A stretch of DNA of 63,527 nucleotides, filler included, from Octopus bimaculoides (lineage: Eukaryota), in assembly GCF_001194135.2 (NCBI RefSeq). It is 6 parts of 5 records of this genome, joined end to end, with 100 filler letters (N's around TTAATTAATTAA, not from the genome) between each part and the next. Parts side by side here need not be neighbours in the genome. Positions count along the whole stretch, not along the records: positions 25,231 to 39,216 come from NC_069005.1; positions 39,317 to 53,275 come from NC_068984.1; 4 more parts are not named here. One strand, 5' to 3'. The position numbers were made by a program, and so were the translations under genes. Position 1 is the stretch's first letter. Each line of letters starts with the position of its first letter. Below are positions 35,285 through 49,204 of the stretch, one piece after another. Below the pieces are notes generated by a model that saw only the letters and a list, made by a program, of their open reading frames with translations, was not told where the DNA came from and searched no databases.

Positions 35285-35990
35285 ATTTCAGTCATTGGAT
35301 GTGGCCATGCTGGGGCAACATTCTGATCATATTGAAGGGCTTTTTAAATCAATCAGATTGACCCCCAGTACTTATTTTTTAAAGTCTGGTACCTATTCTG
35401 TCAGCCTCTTTTGCCAGACTGCTAAGTTATGGGGATATAAGCAAACCAGTACTGGCTGTCGAGTGATGGTGGTGGAACAAACAGACAAAATGACACACAG
35501 GCACACGTGTGTGTGTGAGATATATATATATATATATATATANNNNNNNNNNNNNNNNNNNNNNNNNNNNNNNNNNNNNNNNNNNNNNNNNNNNNNNNNN
35601 NNNNNNNNNNNNNNNNNNNNNNNNNNNNNNNNNNNNNNNNNNNNNNNNNNNNNNNNNNNNNNNNNNNNNNNNNNNNNNNNNNNNNNNNNNNNNNNNNNNN
35701 NNNNNNNNNNNNNNNNNNNNNNNNNNNNNNNNNNNNNNNNNNNNNNNNNNNNNNNNNNNNNNNNNNNNNNNNNNNNNNNNNNNNNNNNNNNNNNNNNNNN
35801 NNNNNNNTATATATGTATATATATAATGAGCTTCTTTCAGTTTCCATCTACCAAATCCACTCACAAGGCTTTGGTTGGCCTGAGGCTATAGTAGAAGGTA
35901 CTTGGCCAAGCTGCCATGCAGTGGGACTGAACCTGGAACCATGTGGTTGGGAAGCAAGCTTCTTACCACGCAGCCACGCCAGTGCCTGGG
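35285..35990 (-). mobile_element. SINE A/B whose internal microsatellite contains an assembly gap
   Basis: Tail at 35285-35500, (TA)n plus N-run, head at 35827-35990. Confidence 0.8.
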
Positions 35991-36329
35991 TAGAGCAAGA
36001 GATCGGTATTTCTTGTCTATGTGAACCATTGTTTTACGAAACTGTAAAATGCAATGAGAGCATTCCCACAGGAAACCTAATGACACATCATCATCATCAT
36101 CATCATCGCCGTCATTATCGTCAACATTGTCATCATTTTGACATTCTTATCTTATCTTCACCAATTAATAAATCTGTCTCACAGAAAGTCATCACACACT
36201 TCGTTAGGGTGATAGCACAAGAGAACGTTTACATGGCTGCTTGAGCTGTTAAAAATAGAAGCCCTTGATATGGGACTCTTGAAGGTAGATAATAGATCCT
36301 ATTATCTATTAACTTACCTTTTATTTTTC

Positions 36330-36545
36330 ATTTGTTTCAGTCATTGGGCTGCTCCCATGCTGGGGCACCACCTTGAAAGGTTTTAGTCGAACAATTTGAT
36401 CCCAGTAATTATTGTGTTTTAAATCCATTGGTCTCTCTTGCTGAACTGTGAAGTTACAGGGATGTAAACAAACCAACATTGGTTGTCAAATGGTAGAAGA
36501 TGACTAACACACACACACACATATGTACATTGACATACACACACA

Positions 36546-36592
<47 letters not shown>

Positions 36593-36752
36593 TATATACG
36601 ACGGGCTTCTTTCAGTTTCCATCTACCAAGTTCACTCACAAGGCTTTGGTTGGCCCGAGGCTATAGTAGAAGACACTTGCCCAAGGTGCTACGCAGTGGG
36701 ACTGAAAATGGAACCATGTGGTTCGTAAGCAAGCTACTTACCACACAGCCAC
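36330..36752 (-). mobile_element. Full-length SINE A/B with expanded (CA)n core
   Basis: Collinear in reverse with 26038-26430. Confidence 0.85.
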
Positions 36753-37899
36753 TCCTACGCCTATCTTTACTTTTTTGATGTGGCTCTCTAAAAATAAGCT
36801 AGGTTTTGGATCTGGTCTGGATATTAAAAAGATTGAAAATCATTGCTACACATGGTTGCTCAGCTTGCTAGAAATAGCAGCCAAATCTTCAACTTATGTC
36901 TATGCCTCTTTGTCATAATGTGGGAAATATGCATGTCATAATGTAGTTTTAAATTTCTTCTGGTATGGTCATGTCTGGAATGTGTATGAGCATAGGACCA
37001 CTTGACCTGAAGCTAACTTGAGGCTAAACAATGCCTTCCCCCCCACACATGCACACTCCCCCCCTCTCTCTCTTGCAAACACATATAAACATATGCAAAC
37101 AGGTTTGTATGGGTATGCATAAATTACATATTTAAATCAGTCACACACACTCACATTTATGTAATGTAAATTAGGCTACACACATGTAATATAAATTAAG
37201 CACACACACATGCATACACACATATATTTGTGTATCTGCATATAATTTGCATATTTATTTTACAAACATACACACAAACACATACATATATTTATGTATG
37301 TAATATAAAATTATAGAGACCCATTCACACACTTAGGTATGTGGATGCATAATTACACACTCTCGTTTATAATGTATCAGTAATTTCCTCTAGCTCTCTA
37401 CGCTCTAGCTTCAAAACCCTACCATGGTCAGTTTTGTGTTTGACAACTATAGTACCTGTCCACTACTGGGATTTCTTCTTTTCTTCTTCTGTCCCTTTTT
37501 CTCCCTGGTTCATACCTGTAATTCAGTGACCCCCAAATCATTATATAGTATTCCATTGTATGGCATAAAAAGTGTATCGACTCTTTTGCAATTCAGATTA
37601 CTTTGTTAGATGTAAAGGTTAAAGGACTCCTTCAATCATGAATGGCCAAGGGATTGCTTCGAGAAAGTTCCTTTCCAAGGCACAAGTCTGAACAAGGTTG
37701 TGTTTTTTCATGGAAGACCAGCATTCACCCATGCATACCAGCCTCCCTTCTCCATGCCACTGGGAGAGGCAAAGGCCGATACTGCTTGGCACCAATGATG
37801 CTGCAACTCATTTCTACAGCTGAGTGAACTGGAGCAATGTGAAATAAAGTGTCTTGCTCAAGAACACAGCACACAGCCCAGTCCAAGTGTGGAATCAAA

Positions 37900-39090
37900 C
37901 GGCCTTAGGGTAAACTTAGCAAAGACTAAGGTTCTACTAAGAAAATGAACAGGACCTAACCCTAACCCTACCCTTATCAGGTATAAGGCCCTGCTCAATT
38001 TGATGGAAAAGTGTAGGCAGGAATTCTAAATGGTGTTACCCAGTGCAAGCTATGGACACACAAGGTACAGTAGAATAATAGGAAGGTTATCAGAGAAAAC
38101 AGTGTTTGTATGTAGAAGATGCACAGGCACCATAAAAAAACTACAGGGAAATTGATTTTCTCAGATGCCTCAGAGGTTCTTTAGAGGTAGTGGATAATTT
38201 CTGCTACCCAGGGAATCTAATTAGTAGACGGGGAGGATGTACAGAATGTATAATTGTTGGGATAAGAATAGGATGGAGAAAATTCGGAGAGCTTTTACCT
38301 CTGTTGGCAACCTGAGGTCTCTCCCTCTCTCTCTCTGTGCCTGAAAAGAAGATCGTCTGATGCATGTATATGAACAACAATGCTACATGGTTGTGAGATG
38401 TGGACCCTGAATGCAGAGGACATGTAAAGGTTAGAGAGGAATGAAGCTAACATTTTCTGCTGGATGTACAATGTCAGTGTACATGTGTGATCAAGTGTTA
38501 GGCATAAGAGGAATTAGATGCAATGTGCAAGAGAGAAGATTGCTCTGGTTTTGTTATGTGATGCATGTGGATGTAGACAGTTGTGTACATAAGTGCTGAT
38601 CACTGAAAGTGGATGGAACTCTTGGAAGAGGGAGACCCAAGGAGACATGGGACGAAGTACTGAAGGTTGATCTCCAGACACTAAACCTTACAAAGGAGAT
38701 GACAAAAGACTGAAACATCTGGTACTTTGCTGAATTCAAGAAGACCCATCTACTACAGCAGAATTGATACAGATGCTGGTTCCACATAAAAGGCACTGGT
38801 GATGGTGCCACATAAAAAGCACTGGTGTTGGTGCCACACAGAAAACACTGGTGATGGTGTCACATAAAAAGCACTGGTGATGGTGCCACATAAAAAAGTA
38901 CTGATGCTGGTGCCATGTAAAAAGCACCCAGTACACTCTGTGAAGTGGTTGGCATTAGGAAGGGCATCCACTTGTAGAAACCATACCAAAATAGACAATG
39001 ATGCCTGGTGTGGCACCTGACCTTGCCAACTCCTGCCAAACTGTCCAAACCATGCCAGAATGGAAAACGAATGTTAAATGATGATGAGCG
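37900..39090 (+). mobile_element. 5'-truncated RTE-clade LINE (source of family F ends)
   Basis: LRVNLAKTKV, QCKLWTH..FVCRRC, EVVDNFCY, RIGWRKFGELLPLL, LGIRGIRCNVQERRL, GRGRPKETWDEV; about 23-bp TAAAAAGCACTGGTGATGGTGCCACA repeats in the 3' UTR; (GAT)n tail. Confidence 0.85.
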
Positions 39091-39316
39091 AACATGTTAC
39101 AATGAAGTAGAGAAATTTGAAAAGACAACACGAAACCGGTTATTTCTCAAAATACAATGTTTATATACTAAAAAGATTTTATAACATTTTTCTGACATAA
39201 TTTAAATATATACTTTNNNNNNNNNNNNNNNNNNNNNNNNNNNNNNNNNNNNNNNNNNNNTTAATTAATTAANNNNNNNNNNNNNNNNNNNNNNNNNNNN
39301 NNNNNNNNNNNNNNNN

Positions 39317-39360
<44 letters not shown>

Positions 39361-41531
39361 ACGTATGTTTGTGTTGTGCATGTATGTACCTATATGTTTA
39401 CTGTCCTTTCGCTTATTCAGCCAATATTTGGTATATAATGTTTGATTTTATCATGCAAACGACTCTAAATTTTGAATGGCAACCACATATATAAAAATAG
39501 TACGAACGCACAAATTCTCCTCAGAAGATTGTAAACTGTATGACATATATGGTGGGTAGGAAAATATGTAAGATAAATTTCAGTACCGAGAATTATTTAT
39601 CTAAATCTATAGACAAAGATTAAAAGAGAAGGTTTTTTAAGAGATATGGAAACAGAAAGGGAAAGAGAAAATATTTGATGGCATTAGAAGTATGTTAGCT
39701 ATGCAAATAGCAGTAATAGCGGCAGGCAGAATATCAATACGCGAAAAGAATTAAGACTGAGAATAGAGAGGAAACATCTGCGAGGCTTAGTAGAAAAAGA
39801 GGAGCGTAGTGTTAAATACTGAGATATATATCAGTAGCGGACGAAAAGACACTTGGTAGTGATGACGCTGAAAGAAGCATAAATAACTGATATACATTTG
39901 TGCCTTTAGCACTAAACACCATAAGAAATACCTTCTCGAGACGAATTCCGCAGTTATGTTGTCAACAGTATCTGTCGAAAACTACACAGCTATTTTGAAC
40001 TAATACTGCTTCCGTCATCCATAATTAGGTTTTATGCAGCCTGCCGGCCAATAGAGGTGTTGTTGATGTTTTAATCACTTGCTTTTATTCCTGTATGAGG
40101 AGAGGTTAACTTCCGCAGGCCATTCGTTTACTATTGCACATTGGTACTAATGATGCTCAACAAAGTTGAAATACGTATTTAGAAATGCCACTGCTGCTAC
40201 TGTACTATGCTGCTGATATATTTCTAGAGACAAAATACTACACAAATATCGTGAATATTAATTCCTACCGTTTCATTTACAATCCATCCTTATCAAGAAA
40301 CTGTTCTGTGTTTGTTGAATGCTGGTCATCGTGCAACCAGACAAATGGACATTAATAGTATTTCTGCATAAACTGTTTGAGTTATACTTCGTCATTTTAT
40401 ACAACTAGTCACTGACAATAAAGGTTTTTGAAGCCACAAATGGAAATTGAAACGTAGACAAGGGCAAAAAGAAAAAAAAAAGATAAAAAAGAGAAATGCG
40501 GACAGTATTCTGCTAAGTTGTGTATACATACCAGAGCAGAGGAAAACCAAATTGATAAAAGTACAAGAACATTTCGATGACGTTGTTTATTCTGTTGTGC
40601 GAAATGGTAGAACCACCATAAGAGAATGAAAAGATATAGAACGAGGAGAAGCGAATATCACTATAGAAATACTTTGACAAAAGACTACAGTTACCATATA
40701 GCTTGTGCAACCTTCAGCAGTAAAATCTGGTAAAAATGCTATCGGGGTCTCTTGCTGAAACGCTAAGGAGACGTACGAAGTGAAACACCGGTTTTAAGTT
40801 GTGGTGGAGCACAAACACAAACACAAGCGCGCGTGCACATACACACACACACACACGCACACACACACACACACAATATTACATAGTCACGCCTATCGCT
40901 ACAAATATATATGTATATCGATTTGACTGTGTGAATATATAGCGTTTATGTAAATACATCTGTCAGCTAGTATATGCGTGCAAATACGTGCCGGAATAAT
41001 TCTAGATGTAGTTTTAGCTCTTATTTTCTTCATCACATGTACAGTGCCGCTTTACCCCCAAAACATACATAACAAGTATCACTTCATTACTGTTAGCTGA
41101 ACCTTCTTTTGCCAGCTAGGATATATAAAATAATGCCTCATATCAGACAGTCTGTCGCCTGAAAAAGGGGGAATAATAAAATCTGTGAATGCGTTCACGC
41201 ACACACTAATTCAAATAACGTTATGTACGCATATAAATCATTATATAACTACATAATCATACAAACACACACACACACAAACGTTTATTAGCGATAGAGA
41301 CAGTAATCTACCTCCATTTTCACATCTGTCTACCTACATATTTGTGAGTCGGTCTTTCTCTCCTTATATACAAATGCACAGGAGTGACTATGTAGTAAGA
41401 AGTTTGCTACGCAACCACATGATTCCGGTTTAAGTCCTACGTCGAGGCAAGTGTCCTCTACTATATAACTTCGTGCCGACCAAAGCATTGTGAGTGGATT
41501 TGGTAGACGGACACTGAAAGAAGCCCATCGC

Positions 41532-41563
<32 letters not shown>

Positions 41564-41569
41564 GTATAT

Positions 41570-42960
41570 ATAAATATAAAAAAATCAAAATAAGCAACAC
41601 GGATTTTAAAGATGATTGCAGTACGCACGTTTCATGCTACTCCATTTATTTAAGTAATGCGAACATTAAATTAAATGCAATATGTAGAGCAATCTTCAGC
41701 TGCACGAAAATGCAGAAAATTACAGTAGAATAGACATATTATAATTGTGGCAACATTTCAAATCCAAGTGAGAAGAAGAATACATAAAAATCCATTTTGA
41801 CATAGCCAAGGCTATCAGGCTAGTAATTGGTTCTAGGCAGAAATTCTGTCTCTGATTTTATTGTCTCTTATCTAGTAGTTATAGTATAAGGGACAATCAC
41901 TTATAAGGAAAGGGAAGGTGTAAGCATTATGCATGGACATGGCTATAAAGGATATGGTTATAAAGGTTTCTCTGGTCAGAGTGGCAACACTCTTATAGGT
42001 TGGTTTTTTTTTACTACTATCAAAATGTTGAGGAATTAAACCGTAAGCATATAGGTCAAACAGGGCTTTTTCTTTAGTCTGAATAGAGCATCCGTATTGT
42101 TTTACAGATATCAATATTAGTTTACACAATATTTTAATGATAAGAGGTAAGTTGATAATAATAAAATGTAATGTAATTAGTGTATACAAAAATCATGAAG
42201 TGATGTCAGTATTGAATTCAGAGGCTATAGATAAGGTGTAAAGTTTAAGGATATTATGTATATTGGGCTCATGAAAACTAATTTAAATTATTTTTAAAAA
42301 ATGATTTAAAAATTTTAGCTGATATATATAATAATACTATTTTGAAGACACAAAAATGTAAGCTTTATTTTTATAATGTGAAGAAGAATTAGATTTATAT
42401 AGTTTATAATAATGGGTTTATTAAGGTTTAAGGGACAAAAGGAAAAGGATATTAGGAATTAACAAGGACATCCAATACAGAAACATGATAATTGATTAAT
42501 AGTTTCATTAGTCATGAATTTGTTTTAAGACTAACATGGGCTAATTAAAGAATATTAATTGAATAAGGATTAGATTTATTTTGGGCATAAGGCTTAGATT
42601 TATTTAAGTTAAAAATACAAGATAAACAAGACACTATTGCTGCAAGCCCTGGGATAATGTAATAATAATAATGATCCTCTTAAAGTCAAAACATTTAATA
42701 AAATAAAACTTAAGAACATTTCCTATTCTTATAAGCTATATAGGGTTAAGACACATACTAAGAAGTAACAGTATTAGCAGAAGTGGTCGCATTTCAAAGC
42801 GACGAAAATATTTTGACAACTTAAATTTAAATGTTGAAGTGAATCTAACGGATTTTGTGTGTTATTTTAAATGGCTTATAAACACTTTCCACGCTGCAAT
42901 TGTCTTCGTTCCAGCACACGATCTCAGATCAGGTCACTTTCTATGCAAGTACATCTCCGT
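41570..42960 (-). mobile_element. About 1.4-kb AT-rich element between (TA)n tracts carrying a hammerhead motif; Penelope-like or non-autonomous derivative
   Basis: Both ends abut (TA)n, strong strand skew, no intact ORF, hammerhead at 41617-41704. Classification is inferred only from the known PLE-hammerhead association. Confidence 0.45.
41617..41704 (-). ncRNA. Type-I hammerhead ribozyme-like motif with long stem II
   Basis: Stem I TGCAG/CTGCA (5 bp perfect); CTGAAGA (41699-41693); stem II TTGCTCTACA..TGGAGTAGCAT (first pair U-U); GAAA (41633-41630); stem III AC-GTGC-GT; cleavage triplet GUA (H17 at 41622). Confidence 0.75.
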
Positions 42961-43256
42961 AATATATATATATATANNNNNNNNNNNNNNNNNNNNNNNN
43001 NNNNNNNNNNNNNNNNNNNNNNNNNNNNNNNNNNNNNNNNNNNNNNNNNNNNNNNNNNNNNNNNNNNNNNNNNNNNNNNNNNNNNNNNNNNNNNNNNNNN
43101 NNNNNNNNNNNNNNNNNNNNNNNNNNNNNNNNNNNNNNNNNNNNNNNNNNNNNNNNNNNNNNNNNNNNNNNNNNNNNNNNNNNNNNNNNNNNNNNNNCGA
43201 CTAAAGTCGGCGTTCCAGTATGACCGCAGTCAAATGACTGAAACGAATAAAAATAA

Positions 43257-43347
<91 letters not shown>

Positions 43348-43352
43348 TATAA

Positions 43353-43389
<37 letters not shown>

Positions 43390-44400
43390 GGAGAGGGAAA
43401 ACGGAAAGAGAGAGATTGAAAGATAGAGAGAAATTGAGAAAGAAAGACATGGATTGGTAGATAGATAGAGTGATAAAAAGAGACACAAAGAGAGAGATAT
43501 AAAAATGGTGGGAAAGATGCACACATAGGATTATATACATTAACTGAATGCCAAAATATACACGTATCTGACTGGAGAGATAAAGAGGAAAGAAGAAACT
43601 AAAACAACGTATTAAGAGAGAGTGTCCGTTAAAGAAAAAAGAGAGAGATGGAGAAAAAGGGGGAAAGAGCGTAGTTCTCAAGCATACATGTGAAGTGTGT
43701 GTGTTTGTGTTTATATATACATAACATGGCTCTTACGTCCCTTATACGCATATGTGTGCCTTTGTTGTACAACTCTATGTAAATAGACGTTCACAAACAT
43801 ACGTATATATGCATGCGCCCATGAATTTCGAATACTACTGTTGCTGCGGCTAACAATACTGTTGTGTAAAAACAACACACTTCCATAGCACTAATATAAC
43901 TCTCTGCAGCGCCACCATTACCGGTATCGCTATTAGAACCATCAAAAACAACACCCATATGAATATCTTTCTATCCATCTCTCTCCATTCGATCAACCGT
44001 ACAACTTTCTAACTATCCATCCATGTAACCATTCATCCAAATATGCATCCATCAACGAAGTGAACAAAATAACATGTAATGAAATTGATGTTCTTTCATA
44101 AGATTGTTCGCTATTCGTGTATTCTTTATAACTCTTTTTTCGTAATTTTTTTTTTCACTGTGTTTGATTTTGTGTTTGCTGCAGTTGTTTTTATGATTGC
44201 TTCTTTGGTCTCGGATTCCAATATTAGCAAAGTTTATTTGATATATTTACGCGTTTTCCACATATCCATAAACACATACAAATCAGAATGCAGACATACA
44301 TTAAAGCATACACACGTTAATGAAACTGCGCGTTCATAAACACATTATTGCACTCATGTCCGAAATGAATATATATGTGCATACATACATACACACTTAC

Positions 44401-44467
<67 letters not shown>

Positions 44468-46199
44468 NNNNNNNNNNNNNNNNNNNNNNNNNNNNNNNNN
44501 NNNNNNNNNNNNNNNNNNNNNNNNNNNNNNNNNNNNNNNNNNNNNNNNNNNNNNNNNNNNNNNNNNNNNNNNNNNNNNNNNNNNNNNNNNNNNNNNNNNN
44601 NNNNNNNNNNNNNNNNNNNNNNNNNNNNNNNNNNNNNNNNNNNNNNNNNNNNNNNNNNNNNNNNNNNNNNNNNNNNNNNNNNNNNNNNNNNNNNNNNNNN
44701 NNNNNNNNNNNNNNNNNNNNNNNNNNNNNNNNNNNNNNNNNNNNNNNNNNNNNNNNNNNNNNNNNNNNNNNNNNNNNNNNNNNNNNNNNNNNNNNNNNNN
44801 NNNNNNNNNNNNNNNNNNNNNNNNNNNNNNNNNNNNNNNNNNNNNNNNNNNNNNNNNNNNNNNNNNNNNNNNNNNNNNNNNNNNNNNNNNNNNNNNNNNN
44901 NNNNNNNNNNNNNNNNNNNNNNNNNNNNNNNNNNNNNNNNNNNTATTATATATGCATATATACACGCACAAACACATATATATAACACTGTCTGCCAAGA
45001 TTATTCGTTTGAAGTTATTAATATGCACTTTCATTCTATACGGTCAATGATATGATCCATTGAGGTTCAACAACCATTTTGTCATTTTAACGGACTTTCA
45101 TATGGATTACTCATTCAGACATTCCTTTCTGCTGCTCCGAAGATTTCTTTTAATGTATATGGGGTGCACCAGAAATAGTTTCGCCATGTGTATATGCGAA
45201 TTGTAATGGTGATATATATATAGACACACATGCACAACTAAACACACACACATGAATAATTGTATAAATATATTGATGTATATATAAAAATATATGTAAA
45301 TATTTGTGAATATGCATACGTATATATTTGTGAGTGTGTATGTATTACACAGTGCGCTGAGGAATCTCTGGTGAACGTATGATTAAGAAAGTGTGTGTGT
45401 TTGTGTGTGTGTGAGTGAGAGAGAGAGAGAGAGGGGGGAGGGAGAGAGAGAGATAGTACAAGATAGAGAGAGAGAGAGAGAGTAAAAGATAGAGAGAGAG
45501 AGAGAGATAGTAAAAGATAGAGAGGGGAATAGTATGTAACATTGGTTTGTTAAATAGATAATGCATATCAGACCCACTGAAGGAAAATCCTATCAATGCG
45601 CATTGAACAGGTAATATATTCTGATATTGAAAACGATCGTTGAGTGGATCCTATGCTTGATTTCAGAAGTTTCGTTTCACCCCAAAAACCACTGCCCCTA
45701 ATCCGCCAAATAAAAATAGTTTCGATAAATATCTATGTGCTACGTAAAGTAATAAACGCTTCAGAATAGGTGGCCTTCATCCAATTTATTATTAGACGTT
45801 GTTCAATATAAGGCAATGGAAGGAAAAGGAAATGTACGCTTTGTTCTGTTTCATAATATCTTATATATATACATATTGTACAGAACACAAGTGTTTGAAA
45901 TGCCAGTGACACGATTAAAGGGATCTTGATTATTAAGAAACCCGGAATAGAGAAGCGATCCTTTTTTATAAAGGATCGTTGCCAATCTGTTTCGGTTTCA
46001 TATACTTTTAGATCTATTTTATCAGTTTCGAAAAGGAGCGATTATAAGGATATCTCTTTCTATTTTATACATACATGCATGCATACATACATACTTACAT
46101 ACATACGTACGCAGTGCATACATACATACGTAGTACATACATGCATGCATAGATACATAGATACCTAATATATAATAAAAACATGCACACACATATATA

Positions 46200-47428
46200 T
46201 TTGGTCATTAAGAATGAAACGTCTGATTTTCTTATACACCAAGTTTGGCAGTCATTAATTCTGAAGTTTTATCCTGACAGTTCTTTGTTTTACAACATTG
46301 AAGAGTTACATCACCACTTTTCGAAATGCAATTCACGGTGTCTAATTATATTTGGAGTTTTTTCTTGTAAATCAATTTTTGTGAACCCATGGATAGATAA
46401 AAATTTCGTGTTGTAGATGAATATTCCAGAAACATCAATGAGGTGATTGGTGAAGACGTGGCGAATGAGCGCACTCTACGTCGATGGTTTGAGAAGTTTC
46501 TCTCTCGTGACTTTACACTTGAAGTCAGCCTCGTAGTAGAACTCAGACCAAGGTTACTCATTATTATCCACCTTGCGGATACATCTCAAACTACACATGA
46601 GTTACCAGCAAGGTTTGATGTTTCGATACCAACTGTATTGGACCATCTGAATCAAATCGGCAAGATAAAGAAGCTGGACAAGTGAGTACCACCCGAATTG
46701 AATGAACATCAAATGACACGTCGTCTTGAAACTTGTTGTTCTTTGCCGTCATGGCATAAAAGCGAACCACTTTTGCATCGTATTGTTAGGTGTGATGAAA
46801 AATGGATTCTTTTCAACAATAGCAAGCGCTCTGCACGGTGGTTGGATAGAGATAAAGTGCCAACTTATAATCCCAAAAATAATATTTACCCCAAAATATT
46901 AATGGTGTATGCTTTGTGGTCCAGCGCTGGTGTCAATCACTACAGCTTAATGAGACCTGGTATATTAATTTCAGCGGATATACACAACGACCAATTGAAT
47001 GAAATGATGAGTGAACTTGCAATCGACATTGGTCAATAGAGACAGACCAATTCTATTGCAAGACAATGTCCGACCACATATTGCACAAAGAACGCTCCTC
47101 AAGTTACAGGAACTGAACTTGGAAGTACTGTCATGCACCATATTCACAAGATCACACACCAACTGACTATTATGTTTTCCAGGCATTAGACAACATTTTG
47201 CAAGGAAAAACATTCAAATCTCAAGCAGATGCAAAAATAGCCTTTTGTGATTTTATCACCTCTTGCTCTCCAGAATTCTTCGCTGCCAGCATAAATAAGC
47301 TACCGATAAACTGGCAAAATTGTGTTGATAATTTAGGTGCATACTTTGATCAACTGCATTGTTTTTTGTTGAGATGAAGTAAATAAACTTTCAGTTCAAC
47401 ATCAGACATTTAATTCTTAACGACCTGA
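46200..47428 (+). mobile_element. Full-length but inactivated mariner (DD34D) transposon, 1229 bp
   Basis: 28-bp TIRs match 23/28; TA flanks (46198-46199, 47429-47430). RTLRRWFEKF HTH region; CDEKW (D at 46794), QDNVRPH (D at 47062), PYSQDHTPTDY (D at 47165). Frameshifts and stops throughout. Confidence 0.93.
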
Positions 47429-48705
47429 TATATACATGTGCTACGTCCTCACGTTGGTTTCTTCTCTTATTTTGAATTGACTATCGCCATGATAGATCGC
47501 TGACCACTACTCACATTTTTTCTCTCTCCTAGTTTCTCTCTTTGATTCTTTCTGTGTTCCTTTCTGTAGGTTCGAAACGTTAAAGACTCTTTCAATCCCT
47601 GAGCGTTATACTAATACATCTGGTTGTTTTCTACACCACCTATCTTCGTCTTTTGTGTTTTTGTGAATTCTCCATATATATATCTGTATTTATGTAAGTG
47701 TGTATGTATGCATGTATGTATGTGTAAAATGCGTATACACACACGCATATATATATNNNNNNNNNNNNNNNNNNNNNNNNNNNNNNNNNNNNNNNNNNNN
47801 NNNNNNNNNNNNNNNNNNNNNNNNNNNNNNNNNNNNNNNNNNNNNNNNNNNNNNNNNNNNNNNNNNNNNNNNNNNNNNNNNNNNNNNNNNNNNNNNNNNN
47901 NNNNNNNNNNNNNNNNNNNNNNNNNNNNNNNNNNNNNNNNNNNNNNNNNNNNNNNNNNNNNNNNNNNNNNNNNNNNNNNNNNNNNNNNNNNNNNNNNNNN
48001 NNNNNNNNNNNNNNNNNNNNNNNNNNNNNNNNNNNNNNNNNNNNNNNNNNNNNNNNNNNNNNNNNNNNNNNNNNNNNNNNNNNNNNNNNNNNNNNNNNNN
48101 NNNNNNNNNNNNNNNNNNNNNNNNNNNNNNNNNNNNNNNNNNNNNNNNNNNNNNNNNNNNNNNNNNNNNNNNNNNNNNNNNNNNNNNNNNNNNNNNNNNN
48201 NNNNNNNNNNNNNNNNNNNNNNNNNNNNNNNNNNNNNNNNNNNNNNNNNNNNNNNNNNNNNNNNNNNNNNNNNNNNNNNNNNNNNNNNNNNNNNNNNNNN
48301 NNNNNNNNNNNNNNNNNNNNNNNNNNNNNNNNNNNNNNNNNNNNNNNNNNNNNNNNNNNNNNNNNNNNNNNNNNNNNNNNNNNNNNNNNNNNNNNNNNNN
48401 NNNNNNNNNNNNNNNNNNNNNNNNNNNNNNNNNNNNNNNNNNNNNNNNNNNNNNNNNNNNNNNNNNNNNNNNNNNNNNNNNNNNNNNNNNNNNNNNNNNN
48501 NNNNNNNNNNNNNNNNNNNNNNNNNNNNNNNNNNNNNNNNNNNNNNNNNNNNNNNNNNNNNNNNNNNNNNNNNNNNNNNNNNNNNNNNNNNNNNNNNNNN
48601 NNNNNNNNNNNNNNNNNNNNNNNNNNNNNNNNNNNNNNNNNNNNNNNNNNNNNNNNNNNNNNNNNNNNNNNNNNNNNNNNNNNNNNNNNNNNNNNNNNNN
48701 NNNNN

Positions 48706-48745
<40 letters not shown>

Positions 48746-49163
48746 TAGCAATGTATCTCGGTGTTACCCGAGTGTTATGACCTACAGGCACATCGTATTA
48801 TTTGCTCATTTCTTATGGGCAGAATCGACACACCTGATATAGAATTAATGGAATAATGGAAGGTATTGTTTGTTTAATGGTGAAAGGCCAAGATACAATT
48901 TGCATGAGAGTGCTTTCTGTTCTTAAGAAGGATCAGAAACTATGCGTTGTTTCATCGTATAAAAGGGGTTAATACGATATTGTCTAGAAATCACGATTTC
49001 AATATTCTAATTTACCACTATCTCCACCGCAACTTCTTAATTTGTAACTTTGATTTCGACTTTTTCTGCTACCTACGTAGAAAAATACAGAGATTGTGAG
49101 GATGTATATATATATATATTTATATATATATATATATATATACATCTTTGTATGTGTGTGTGT

Positions 49164-49204
<41 letters not shown>

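Noticed and set aside
37955-37975. CCTAACCCTAACCCTA telomere-like repeat
   Set aside because: Under three units and inside an RTE fragment; too short to call an interstitial telomere.
38770-38925. About 23-bp regularly spaced repeats (also at 2085-2150 and 11770-11880) superficially like a CRISPR array
   Set aside because: Tandem units without unique spacers in the 3' UTR of an RTE LINE; eukaryotic context, no cas genes.
40532-40754. In-frame TGA in FYC*RLHK suggesting a selenoprotein exon
   Set aside because: Matches no selenoprotein motif I know, the rest is not protein-like, and no SECIS was identified.
41860-42700. Possible NUMT or GIY-YIG remnant (KHIGQTG on the + strand; AAGACACTATTG resembling mitochondrial 16S)
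   Set aside because: No sustained reading frame in the standard or invertebrate mitochondrial code; 16S landmark spacing is wrong; IGQTG is on the opposite strand to the hammerhead and lacks downstream motifs.
47560-47585. TCGAAACGT motif typical of Penelope hammerhead 3' halves (a similar GAAACTCGAGTC lies at about 25738)
   Set aside because: The CUGANGA half is absent in both copies, so no ribozyme can be drawn.
48742-48775. ACTAG plus hairpin CTCGGTGTTACCCGAG next to (TA)n as a Helitron terminus
   Set aside because: Only one short hairpin, and the partner end is hidden by the adjacent gap; insufficient.
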